From Parcubacteria group bacterium Gr01-1014_38 (GTDB lineage Bacteria > Patescibacteriota > Andersenbacteria > UBA10190 > CAIZMI01): DNA of 64,000 bases. Positions 19,130-30,791 of this stretch are shown piece by piece. The translations under genes were made by a program, and so were the position numbers. The notes below the pieces were generated by a model. It was not told where the DNA came from, did no database searches, and worked only from the letters and a program-made list of their open reading frames with translations. The stretch is from positions 8,679 to 72,678 of the forward strand of contig VMFP01000002.1 of the NCBI GenBank assembly GCA_007376145.1. Direction: 5' to 3'. The first letter of the stretch is position 1. Each line of letters starts with the position of its first letter.

Positions 19130-19767
19130 GCGGACATTCGTCCCGTACCCGAGATTTCGTTCGCCCGAGCGGCTTCACGCTCCTTGGCGTCCTCATCTCC
19201 GCGCTCTTCATTGTGCTCGTCGTGTCCGGCTTGGCGCTCACGGCCCAGCGCACCGGACAAGCCGCGCGCGCCACGAAGGAGCGGATGTTGGCGACGATGC
19301 TCGCACGGGAAGGCGTCGAGCTCGTGCGCGCCATCCGGGATAATAACTGGCTGTCCACCCCGCGCTGTCCGACGACCGGTCGGTGCGAGATCTACTGGCG
19401 GGGACAGGCCTCTGGACCCGGCGCGATCTGTAACGGGACCTTCCGCATTGATGCGGATAATCTCCAACTCGTTCCCGCGTCGGCCGGGAGCGAGGGGACA
19501 CGCCTGTCGCTCGTCGGGACGAGGTACCACCACGGCGGCGGCACGCCAACGCCGTTCCGGCGTTGGGTGATCATCGCGTCACCCGAGGGGGGATGCGGGG
19601 AGCCCTCCGTCTTTGTGCCGAACCCCTCGCCGGCGTCGCGGCCTCCGCAGCCGTTCGTCGCCCGCGTGATCGTCGTGTGGGACGTGCGGATGGAGGCGGA
19701 CTGCACGCCGGGCCGTCACTGCGTTGAGCTCCGCGAGGACTTGTACCCCTGGATGAACTTCCGATGA
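19126..19767 (+). CDS. minor pilin (PilV-like)
   Basis: SGFTLLGVLIS..., ATMLAREGVELVRAIRDNNW motif; ATGA overlap with the previous gene. Confidence 0.8.
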   Translation: MSGHSSRTRDFVRPSGFTLLGVLISALFIVLVVSGLALTAQRTGQAARATKERMLATMLAREGVELVRAIRDNNWLSTPRCPTTGRCEIYWRGQASGPGAICNGTFRIDADNLQLVPASAGSEGTRLSLVGTRYHHGGGTPTPFRRWVIIASPEGGCGEPSVFVPNPSPASRPPQPFVARVIVVWDVRMEADCTPGRHCVELREDLYPWMNFR

Positions 19768-20295
19768 ACACCCTGGGCGATCGGCGCAACGGATTCACCT
19801 TTGTTGAGGCGCTCATCGCCGTCACCATTTTTCTTATCCTCATGGGCGCGGTAGCGGGGATCTTTACCACGTTCACGCGCCAGCAGCGGAGAGGGTTTAC
19901 GCAGACTACCCTTCTCGGGGAAGCGCAGAACGCCGTGGAAGTGCTGGAGCGGGAAGTGCGTACCGGATTCTCGAATACCTTCTCCGGTTCCGGATCGAAC
20001 TTCAGTTTCAAGAATCAGAACGGTGTGCTCATCGCCTACCAGCTCTCCGGCACCCGCATCACGCGGCGGGCCATTCCTCCGGATGTCACTCTCCCGATCA
20101 CCTCCTCGGCGGTGGACATCCGCTCCTTGGAATTCACCGTTCGGACGCCGGGCGTGGACCTTGGAACTGCTCCGCAGGTCCCTCTCCTCACCGGAGAGCA
20201 GGGACGGGTGACCGTCCGCGTGCGCGTGTGTCCCAAGAGTATTGATGACGATCGCCAGTGCCTCCAACTGCAAACGACCTTAACGTCTCGCCAAT

Positions 20296-20312
<17 letters not shown>
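19764..20312 (+). CDS. minor pilin (PilW-like)
   Basis: NGFTFVEALIAVTIF, LEREVR, LQTTLTSR. Confidence 0.82.
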
Positions 20313-22801
<2,489 letters not shown>

Positions 22802-22879
22802 GACGTGGTTACCCAAAAGACGGGGCACAGCCGCGCGCTCTGGTCGCGCGGCCCACGCTATGCCAAAGTAGAGGACGTC

Positions 22880-23173
22880 ATGGGTGCCGGCAGTCAGCCA
22901 CGTTCGCTCGTTCCGCAGATTGCGGATTTGGCGCGGTTGGCACTGACCGATGACGAGGAGAAACGCTTGTCCTTGGAATTCCAGAGGATTGTCGAGTACG
23001 TCGATCAGGTACAAAAGGTCCAGGCTCCCGCCGAACCCCTGACCGCCACGATCAGTGGCGTGCGTCAGGTGCTGCGCGACGACGCGGTCACGTCGTCACC
23101 TCTCGCCGACGCGTTACTTCACTGCTCCCCGGAGACGGAACAGCGGCACGTACGTGTTCCGCCGGTGCTTTAA
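22880..23173 (+). CDS. gatC: Asp/Glu-tRNA amidotransferase subunit C
   Basis: IADLARLAL...IVEYVDQV, LRDD, VRVPPVL; immediately before gatA. Confidence 0.88.
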   Translation: MGAGSQPRSLVPQIADLARLALTDDEEKRLSLEFQRIVEYVDQVQKVQAPAEPLTATISGVRQVLRDDAVTSSPLADALLHCSPETEQRHVRVPPVL

Positions 23174-23177
23174 GGCT

Positions 23178-24629
23178 ATGCCGTCCGTTATCCGCGACCT
23201 TCATGAGCGGCTCCTCCGGCGCGAGACGACTGCGGAGGGGCTCCTCGATCAATCGCTCGCCGCGATTCGGGACAAGGACGAGACGCTCCACAGCTTTCTC
23301 CACGTCGCGGAGGACACCGCGCGGGCTGCGGCGCGGCGTGCGGATGAGGAGTTTCAGGCGGGACGCGAAGAACTTCCGCTCCTCGCGGGTATTCCGTGCG
23401 CCATTAAAGACATGATCTGCGTGGCGGGGCTCCCGGCCACTGCGGGCTCCCGGGTCCTCGACGGCTTCGTGCCGCCCTACGACGCCACAGTCATCGAACG
23501 GCTGAAGGATCACGACGCGGTCATTGTTGGGAAAACAAATCTCGACGAGTTTGCGATGGGCTCAAGCACGGAGCACTCGGCGTTTGGGCCGACCCGGAAC
23601 CCGTATGACGAGGCCTTGGTTCCGGGAGGGTCGTCGGGTGGCAGTGCCGCTGCCGTCGCTGCGAACCTCGTGCCGTACGCTCTCGGGACCGACACGGGTG
23701 GGTCCATCCGTCAACCCGCGAGCTTCTGCGGCGTCGTGGGACTCAAGCCAACATACGGGCGAGTGAGCCGATACGGGATGATTGCGTTCGCGAGTTCGTT
23801 TGACCAGGCCGGACCACTCACCCGGACGGTGGAGGATGCCGCCATCGTCTACGAAGCGATTGCCGGAGAGGACCCCAGGGACGGAACGACGCTCCCAGGA
23901 TCTGTTCCCTCCGTCCGCGCTGCGCTCGAGGCAGGGGTCCAGGGGCTCCGTCTCGGCGTTCCCGAGGAGTACTTCGCCGAAGAAGGAGTCGATCCAAACG
24001 TTGCTCGGACTGTCCGTCACGCCCTTGGGGTGCTGGCCGGTCTCGGCGCCGAGGTGAGAGAGGTTTCCCTGCCACTCACCGGCGTGGCGCTCGCGGTGTA
24101 CTACATTCTTGCCACCGCGGAGGCGAGCACGAACCTCGCCCGATATGACGGTGTTCGCTTTGGCCGTCGCGTGCCGGGGAGAACGCTCGATGACGTGTAC
24201 CGGCGGACGCGGGGAACGGGATTCGGTGCCGAAGTGAAGCGGCGCATTCTCCTGGGCACCTTTGCCCTGTCCGCCGGATACGCCGACCAGTACTACCGAA
24301 AAGCCGCGGCAGTACGGCAAGCGATTGCGCGAGAGTACGCACAGGCGTTTGAGACCGTGGACATTCTCCTTTCTCCCGCCACGCCCGAAGTCGCATTCCG
24401 AATCGGCGAGAAGCTTCAAGATCCTCTCCGGATGTACGCATCGGATATTCTCTCCGTTCCGATGAATGTCGCGGGCGCCCCCGCCCTGGTGGTGCCCTGT
24501 GGTTCGGTGGACGGGCTCCCCGTCGGGCTCCAAATCATTGCACCCCTCGGCCGCGAAGATCTGCTCTTCCGTGTCGGCGCTGCGTATGAGCGGAGGAGAT
24601 CGGAGACGGAGGGGAAGAAAGATCCGTGA
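23178..24629 (+). CDS. gatA: Asp/Glu-tRNA amidotransferase subunit A
   Basis: Amidase signature GKTNLDEFAMGSS, PGGSSGGSAA, GTDTGGSIRQPA. Confidence 0.96.
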   Translation: MPSVIRDLHERLLRRETTAEGLLDQSLAAIRDKDETLHSFLHVAEDTARAAARRADEEFQAGREELPLLAGIPCAIKDMICVAGLPATAGSRVLDGFVPPYDATVIERLKDHDAVIVGKTNLDEFAMGSSTEHSAFGPTRNPYDEALVPGGSSGGSAAAVAANLVPYALGTDTGGSIRQPASFCGVVGLKPTYGRVSRYGMIAFASSFDQAGPLTRTVEDAAIVYEAIAGEDPRDGTTLPGSVPSVRAALEAGVQGLRLGVPEEYFAEEGVDPNVARTVRHALGVLAGLGAEVREVSLPLTGVALAVYYILATAEASTNLARYDGVRFGRRVPGRTLDDVYRRTRGTGFGAEVKRRILLGTFALSAGYADQYYRKAAAVRQAIAREYAQAFETVDILLSPATPEVAFRIGEKLQDPLRMYASDILSVPMNVAGAPALVVPCGSVDGLPVGLQIIAPLGREDLLFRVGAAYERRRSETEGKKDP

Positions 24630-24777
24630 TGCCGTTTTGGCCCAGCGCCCCGGTGTGGTATGTTCCGTGTACCACCGTGCGGCGATCTGCCTTTCTCTAT
24701 CAGGGGGACGGAAGCACGCCCGTGCCGCTCTGGGCAGCAGATCGTCATGAGCGTCGCGGACCCCGCGCACCGGCGGC

Positions 24778-26205
24778 ATGAACCGATCGGACCCCGTGCA
24801 TACGTGGCGAGAAGCGAGCGACGCATTCTTTTTGGCGGTTCTGCTGATCGCTGTTGTTTCTGTTGCCGGGTCTGTCCTCACCTTAACCAGATTTTCGCAG
24901 GATCTCGGACCGGTGAGTGCAACGGCAACTCCGGAGAATGGCGGTCCACCGCCGCCCCCGCCACCTCCACCGCCCCCGCCTCCACCACCGCCTCCCCCGC
25001 CACCTCCACCGCCCCCGCCTCCACCACCTCCACCCATCGGTGGGCCGCCACCGCCCCCACCGATTGGTGGTCCGCCCCCGCCTATCGGGGGTCCTCCGCC
25101 ACCGCCGATTGGCGGGCCCCCACCGCCAGACGGCATCGTGCCGCCACCGGTCGGCGTCGGGCCTCCCCAACCTCTTCCGGGGCCGTTCGCCACGGCGCCG
25201 TTCACCGCGTCTTCGGTGATCACTGCTCTCGGTCCTGGCAGGCGGCCTATGCTCAACGTTGCGGCGTTCGTCGCCGTCGTGGCGGCGACGCTCACTGCCG
25301 CGAGTACCGCGCTTCTTGCTGCTGCCGCTCTTCCCGGGGGCTTCGTCAGCCTCCCCCAATCGCTCTTCCCTTTTCTTGCCTTGCATCGTCCCCGCCGGTC
25401 TTGGGGTCGGATCGTCGAGGAGCGCACGAACCTTCCGGTGGCGGGCGCCGTCGTCACGATCCTCGATATGTCAGGAAAGCCGCGGGAGACCGTCTCTTCC
25501 CGGAGCGACGGCACCTTTGGAGCGCTCCTTCCTCGCGGTTCCTATCAGCTCTCCATGCAGCACACCGACTTCGCGTTCACGAGCGCGCCAGAAGGCGTCG
25601 TGCTTTTTCCGGAAGAGCGACTCTACACGGGCGGGTTCCTCCGGGTGGAAGACGAGGAGCAGATGGTGCCCGCGCTTTCCCTCGTCATCGGTATGAGACC
25701 CACCCGGGTCCGACGCCAAGTCCTCCGGGGCGCCTTCCGTTCCTTCCTGGAGCGCCTTCGGGTCCTTCAGGCTCGTCTCGCTCTTCCCGTCCTTCTCACC
25801 GGTGCCGCAATCAATTCTGTCGCTCTCGTGCTGAATCCCACCCCTCTCCTCGTGAGCTACGAGATTCTCTACGGTGTCTTCCTCACCTTTGAGCTTCTCC
25901 TCTCCCGCGTCGCCCGCCGCGCCCTCGGACGCGTCCGCGACGCTGTGACGCGCAGCCGTGTGGGTCTTGCCGTCGTCCGCCTCATGGATATGAAGACGCG
26001 GCGCCTCGTGGAGACCCGCGTCACCTCGTCTCGCGGAAGCTTCCTCTTGATGCCCCCGCCCGGGCGGTACCGCCTGCAGGTGGCTCACGCCGCCTACACT
26101 CCCTACACGAGCGATCTCCTCCGCATCGGCCGTGGAAGAACGAGTGCCGTCCGCCTGAACGTGGACCTGGAGCCCGGAAGCATGGCCGGGGCGCAGGCGA
26201 TCTGA
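24778..26205 (+). CDS. polyproline-rich membrane protein with two carboxypeptidase-regulatory-like (transthyretin-fold) domains
   Basis: N-terminal TM, P30 tract, PPPIGG repeats, WGRIVE..PVAGAVV..SDGTF and GRVRD..VGLAVVRL..GSF..PGRY domains separated by TMs. Confidence 0.7.
   Translation: MNRSDPVHTWREASDAFFLAVLLIAVVSVAGSVLTLTRFSQDLGPVSATATPENGGPPPPPPPPPPPPPPPPPPPPPPPPPPPPPPIGGPPPPPPIGGPPPPIGGPPPPPIGGPPPPDGIVPPPVGVGPPQPLPGPFATAPFTASSVITALGPGRRPMLNVAAFVAVVAATLTAASTALLAAAALPGGFVSLPQSLFPFLALHRPRRSWGRIVEERTNLPVAGAVVTILDMSGKPRETVSSRSDGTFGALLPRGSYQLSMQHTDFAFTSAPEGVVLFPEERLYTGGFLRVEDEEQMVPALSLVIGMRPTRVRRQVLRGAFRSFLERLRVLQARLALPVLLTGAAINSVALVLNPTPLLVSYEILYGVFLTFELLLSRVARRALGRVRDAVTRSRVGLAVVRLMDMKTRRLVETRVTSSRGSFLLMPPPGRYRLQVAHAAYTPYTSDLLRIGRGRTSAVRLNVDLEPGSMAGAQAI
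24946..25128 (+). repeat. polyproline coding repeat
   Basis: 30 CCN codons (24946-25035) including a duplicated unit at 39-bp period, followed by four IGG(P)n units. Confidence 0.9.
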
Positions 26206-26223
26206 TCTTCCAAAATCCTGTGG

Positions 26224-27819
26224 TCAGAGCAGACTGGCGAGGAGACTCTGCGCCGTCATCTCCGGGGGTTTGGGAAGACCAAGAATTTCCACGACGGTCG
26301 GGCCAACGTCCGCCAGTACACCGATCGGCGTACCAAGAATCCGGAAAAGCGCCTCGTCGGTTTTCGGCGGATTCTGCTGATTCTGCGACGCGAGGTAGGC
26401 GAGGGGGACCGGATTGACAGAGTGGTCGGTCACGACCGCTCCGGTCTGCGGGTTCCGCATTTCCTCCGCGTTCCCGTGGTCGCAGGTGAGGAGCACAGCA
26501 CCGCCCGCCGAAAGCGCGGCGCTGACCACCCGCGGGAGTTGCGTGTCGAGGAATCGGAGCGCTTCCACCGCTGCCTCAAAGTTTCCTGTGTGCCCGAGCA
26601 TGTCCGGGTTCGCGTAGTTCATGACGATGACGTCGTACTTCCCCTTCGCGATTTCCCCGACCACCTGGTCGGTGATCGCTTCGGCGCTCATGCGGGGTGT
26701 TTCCACATACTCTTTCACGTTCGGCGAGGGGACGAGGATCCGGTCCTCGTTCGGGAAGGGCAGCTCGCGCCCGCTGTTGAAATAGTACGTCACGTGGGCG
26801 TACTTCTCCGTTTCCGCAACGCGGAGCTGGCGGAGTCCGTGGTCGGCAATCACGCGGCCGACCGGCATATCCATCCACTCTTCGGGGAAGGCGACGGTGA
26901 CCGGGAGACCCTTCTCGTACTCTGCCATGGTGATGAAGGCAAGGTCGGCGAACGGCACCGCCTTGAACCTACCGAAGTTCTTCGCCACGAACGCATGCGT
27001 CAGCTGGCGCGCGCGGTCGGGGCGGAAGTTAAAGAACAGAATCGCATCACCATCGCGGATGGTACGCACAGGCCCGTTGTCTGTGATGACCGAGGGCGGG
27101 ACAATTTCGTCCGTTTTGCGACTCTCGTACGCAGCCTCCAGCGCCTCCTGCCAGGACCGGTACGGGGTGCCGGTCCCCGAGACGAGAAGATCGTAGGCGG
27201 CGCGGGTGCGGTCCCAATTGTTATTGCGATCCATCGCGTAGTACCGCCCGATGAGCGTCGCGATGCGCCCCGCCCCCGTCCGGCGAATCGTCTTATCCAC
27301 GTCGACCAAGTACTGTCCCGCACTCACCGGCGGCGCATCGCGCCCATCGAGGAAGGCATGGATGAACGTCTGCTTCCCGATCCCCTGCTGGGCGGCGAAT
27401 TCGAGAAGGGCCAGGAGATGCTGGAGGTGACTGTGGACACCCCCGGGGGAGACGCACCCCATGAGGTGGAGCACCGAACCCGGTCGCTCCTTCACGTGCG
27501 CGGAGGCCTCCTGGAATGCCACGTTCTGAAAGAACGTGCGGTCTTGGATGGCAAGGGTGATCTGCGGGAGCGGCTGGTAGATCACGCGTCCGGAGCCGAT
27601 GTTCTTGTGGCCGACTTCGGAATTGCCCACCTCTCCCCAGGGCAACCCAACCTCGATGCCCGCAGCGCGAATTGCCGCGCAGGGGTAAGTGCGGAGGTAG
27701 TTCTGGAGGTTCGTCATTTGCGCCGCGAGGACCGCGTTTCCCTCCTGAAAGAAGGAAATCCCAAACCCATCAAGAATCATGAGAACGAGCGGTCGCGGGC
27801 GCGATGCGGGACTGGCCAT
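26224..27819 (-). CDS. gpmI: 2,3-bisphosphoglycerate-independent phosphoglycerate mutase
   Basis: LMILDGFG, GNSEVGH, GRYYAMDR, NFRPDRARQL, AETEKYAHVT, DHGNAE. Confidence 0.96.
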   Translation of the reverse strand: MASPASRPRPLVLMILDGFGISFFQEGNAVLAAQMTNLQNYLRTYPCAAIRAAGIEVGLPWGEVGNSEVGHKNIGSGRVIYQPLPQITLAIQDRTFFQNVAFQEASAHVKERPGSVLHLMGCVSPGGVHSHLQHLLALLEFAAQQGIGKQTFIHAFLDGRDAPPVSAGQYLVDVDKTIRRTGAGRIATLIGRYYAMDRNNNWDRTRAAYDLLVSGTGTPYRSWQEALEAAYESRKTDEIVPPSVITDNGPVRTIRDGDAILFFNFRPDRARQLTHAFVAKNFGRFKAVPFADLAFITMAEYEKGLPVTVAFPEEWMDMPVGRVIADHGLRQLRVAETEKYAHVTYYFNSGRELPFPNEDRILVPSPNVKEYVETPRMSAEAITDQVVGEIAKGKYDVIVMNYANPDMLGHTGNFEAAVEALRFLDTQLPRVVSAALSAGGAVLLTCDHGNAEEMRNPQTGAVVTDHSVNPVPLAYLASQNQQNPPKTDEALFRILGTPIGVLADVGPTVVEILGLPKPPEMTAQSLLASLL

Positions 27820-27925
27820 GAGTGTCAGTATAGCTGCTCGCCTAAGGGGGGCTTGTCCGGACCCGCCCTGTGCGCTATGCTCGATCTGTCCCTGGGGTAT
27901 GCCCCTTGGACCACAGAACAACCGA

Positions 27926-28000
27926 CGCCGGGTGGAGAAGTGGCATCTCGCCAGGCCCATAACCTGGAGATCGCGGGTTCAAATCCCGCCCCGGCCACCA
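27926..28000 (+). tRNA. initiator tRNA-fMet(CAT)
   Basis: Cloverleaf with C1:C72 mismatch, A11:U24, anticodon loop CCCATAA, T arm GCGGG-TTCAAAT-CCCGC, encoded CCA. Confidence 0.88.
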
Positions 28001-28002
28001 GC

Positions 28003-28037
28003 AGGAAATGATCCCAAGGACCTGGGGATCATTTCCT
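28003..28037. terminator. hairpin downstream of tRNA-fMet
   Basis: AGGAAATGATCCC...GGGATCATTTCCT inverted repeat; U-tract weak. Confidence 0.45.
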
Positions 28038-28165
28038 TGTGGGGATTGCAGAGCAGAGGCGCCGAACCAGGCGGACGGGAGGCCGCTTGTCAGACAGCGG
28101 CCTCTGCGTTGTGCGGACCAACACGTTGCGTCGGCAATGCATCTTCCGTACACTCCTTCCGGCTG

Positions 28166-28240
28166 GGCTGGGTAGCTCAGTGGCAGAGCATCGCACTCAT
28201 AAGGCGAAGGTCGTGGGTTCGATCCCCACCCCAGCTACCA
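28166..28240 (+). tRNA. tRNA-Met(CAT), probably elongator (Ile2 not excluded)
   Basis: GGCTGGG/CCCAGCT-ACCA acceptor, anticodon loop CTCATAA, T arm GTGGG-TTCGATC-CCCAC. Confidence 0.88.
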
Positions 28241-28296
28241 AAGAAAAAAGGCCGTGTCTCGAATAATCGAGGCGTGCCTATCAAGGAGAGCAGAAG

Positions 28297-28479
28297 TCAT
28301 CCTTGAGTTAGTTCGAGAAGCGACCGAAGGTACTGCTCATATTCAGGTCGTAGGCGAAGGTACTCCTTTACCCACTCTTCGGCGGCTTCGGGGTATTCAA
28401 TGGCCGCCACACACTCTTCAATCGTCGGCAGGCGGTCATGAGGAAAGTTCGTCTTCAGGTACTTTTCCAGGATGCTCAC
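28297..28479 (-). CDS. small acidic hypothetical protein
   Basis: GTG start 3 nt after the upstream stop with AGGAG RBS; protein-like composition. Confidence 0.6.
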   Translation of the reverse strand: MSILEKYLKTNFPHDRLPTIEECVAAIEYPEAAEEWVKEYLRLRPEYEQYLRSLLELTQG

Positions 28480-28482
28480 GGT

Positions 28483-29190
28483 TTATTCTCCTGTGGTTGA
28501 GGGTTGGCGGCTCATGTACTTCTCAAGAATCTTTTTCGCCGCATCGTAGTCAACGTGCTCTGCAGCGGGTGGCCCCGCGCGGAGACCTGCTGCTAGGAGT
28601 AGTTCCAGGTGCTCACGCGGCACAGTGTGCAGCGTATCAGCATCAACCACTGTCTCGGCTCGCCAGGCGAAGGGGAGGTCTTTCAGCGCAGTGGTCAGAG
28701 TGGTACTAATACTCACCCGTGCGTGCAGGCGTTCAGTCCAGTCGTGTATGTTCTCTTCATTGTGGCGTTGGAGGCTGCGGTGCAGCCGCAGAGCGGCAGC
28801 CAGTGCTGTGTGAAGTGCCTTGTCGCCAGTGAAAAGCGCAACACAGGCATCCTGCCATACACGATACTGTTCGGACTCCATCTCAAAGGCGGGCAGTGTG
28901 TCGCGGGTGTCTAGGACAACACCGTCGTGCCGTCGCAGTGCGTAGTAGCAGAAGTGGTAGAAGGTTTTGTCTTTCTGCTCAATCGCGAGCAAAACATTTT
29001 CGCAGGGGTTAGCGAGAAGATGTTCGCACCGTTCTGGTGCTCCATCTTCAGCAACTACTATCGCAGCACTATAGCCTTGCGGCGTTGCCTGGCGACTCTT
29101 TTCTTCCAAACGTTCCGCGACCTGAGCGAAGTTCTCCCTTCCTGCCAAAACGAGATACGGACGCAGGTTGGCGTGAAGTTGGCCACTCAT
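28483..29190 (-). CDS. hypothetical protein
   Basis: 235-aa ORF with AGGAG RBS; no motif recognised. Confidence 0.7.
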   Translation of the reverse strand: MSGQLHANLRPYLVLAGRENFAQVAERLEEKSRQATPQGYSAAIVVAEDGAPERCEHLLANPCENVLLAIEQKDKTFYHFCYYALRRHDGVVLDTRDTLPAFEMESEQYRVWQDACVALFTGDKALHTALAAALRLHRSLQRHNEENIHDWTERLHARVSISTTLTTALKDLPFAWRAETVVDADTLHTVPREHLELLLAAGLRAGPPAAEHVDYDAAKKILEKYMSRQPSTTGE

Positions 29191-29597
29191 TTGTATTCTC
29201 CTGTGAAAGAACGTGTGTTTTATCGGTCTGTTTTTATCCTACTGTCATAGTATGGCGTGGTCATTCAATAAAGCAAGGAGTTTTGTTTTTGGATGGCTAC
29301 CCTAAAACGCAAGAGGCTACCCCCGTTGGGGGGAGGGTACCCCCACCATAGGGGGTGGTTCCAAACCACTTTCAAACTCCAGATGGGTGCGGCACTATGA
29401 GAGTTGAGGGGCAGGCTTCAGCGTACCAACGCCACTAAAGATGTCCTTCAAATCGGCTAACTCCTTGCATAACCTGTTCCAATGAGTTCTCATTACGTCT
29501 ACCAACGTAGATTTTCGCTTCGGGAAGTGCTAAAAAAGAGTTACCTGGTCGTTCTTTTGCCAACCACATACCTCAAACAAGCGAGAGGAGAACCCTT

Positions 29598-30179
29598 ATG
29601 CAGCTTGTCCAAGACTACCGTATCCGTGAAGTGCACGGCACGCACTTCTCAAATGCCCCCTTCCGGTTTCTGCTGGAAACCGTCACTGACGGCTTTCCCA
29701 AAGACGCAGGCGAGCTAGTGTTCGACAAGGAAACGTGCGAACGGCATGGCATTTCACCTTCCCTTGATCTGGTGAACCGCAAACTGCGCTGTACGCTGAG
29801 GCCTCGTGTTCTCAAACGGAACACTGGCGGTCGTAAAGGCGATGAATGGTCGTTCCCTGATAGGCAAGACGTTCAGTCTGACGATATACTCATCAGTCAG
29901 ATCAGACGCGATGAAAAGTGGACACCCGAGTACAACGTCGGCGCGCCCCACGATGCCTTGAGGCAGGAGATCCATTACCACCTCTACGCCTACTCGGATG
30001 ACGGCACGGATGGAATCCACCCTTCACCAACCAACTGTCCGCTGTACAATCTCACGGTTGAGCTAACAGAGGATCAGTTTAGGGAGTGTACACAGTTTGC
30101 CCCTGGCACGGTGCTTAATGTCAGCTTCGCTCTGCTTCCGCCCGAACCCAAGCCAGCTACCGAAGAGGAGAAACAATGA
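29598..30179 (+). CDS. hypothetical protein
   Basis: 193-aa ORF, GAGGAG RBS; no motif recognised. Confidence 0.7.
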   Translation: MQLVQDYRIREVHGTHFSNAPFRFLLETVTDGFPKDAGELVFDKETCERHGISPSLDLVNRKLRCTLRPRVLKRNTGGRKGDEWSFPDRQDVQSDDILISQIRRDEKWTPEYNVGAPHDALRQEIHYHLYAYSDDGTDGIHPSPTNCPLYNLTVELTEDQFRECTQFAPGTVLNVSFALLPPEPKPATEEEKQ

Positions 30180-30535
30180 ACTGGCCAGCTGAGATTTTCG
30201 ACGCTTTCTCAGAAGCAGTAGACGTTGATCCTGTTCCTGGCAGTAGTAAAGAGGAGGTTATCCAGTATCTCCTTGTCGAAACCGCGCGACGAGCGGTCTG
30301 GCGAGCGAAAGCTGATCCCACTAAGCTCGATGCTGCCTACCGTGCGCCTTACACGCCACTAGGATCAGTGAGTGTCGAGGGAATGATCAGCAAAGGTCTC
30401 AAAGCCAAGAGTATGACGATCAAGCCCGCCTGGCATGAAGCAGTGGATCGTCTCTACGCTTTCGTGGCTGACAACCCTCAACTGATCTGCGATCAGTTCA
30501 AGGATCAGCAGGTTGAGTACTGTGATGCAATCTGA
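30176..30535 (+). CDS. hypothetical protein
   Basis: 119-aa ORF, AGGAG RBS, ATGA overlap; followed by ACCGCC...GGCGGT-T7 terminator-like sequence. Confidence 0.7.
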   Translation: MNWPAEIFDAFSEAVDVDPVPGSSKEEVIQYLLVETARRAVWRAKADPTKLDAAYRAPYTPLGSVSVEGMISKGLKAKSMTIKPAWHEAVDRLYAFVADNPQLICDQFKDQQVEYCDAI

Positions 30536-30791
30536 TCATACACCGCCAAAGCAAGAAGCAGAGGCGGTTTTTTTATCTACGCGTTATTGTAGGCCAGCGC
30601 GTATGTGCCTGACATTAATCTTTCTCTGAACCGCCACATTCGCTCCATCGAGCGTAGAATCGAGTTCAATTTTCTGGTAACGTGGGCTACCATGAGACAG
30701 ATTTGAAGTGAAACGCAGCGGACGGAATTCCCGTATTCCGCGTTGCGACGATACCCCGCCGTCGGCCCTACCATTGGAGTAACGTAGAACT

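Noticed and set aside
23562-25514. 650-aa minus-strand ORF with polyglycine
   Set aside because: Reverse complement of the polyproline gene and gatA.
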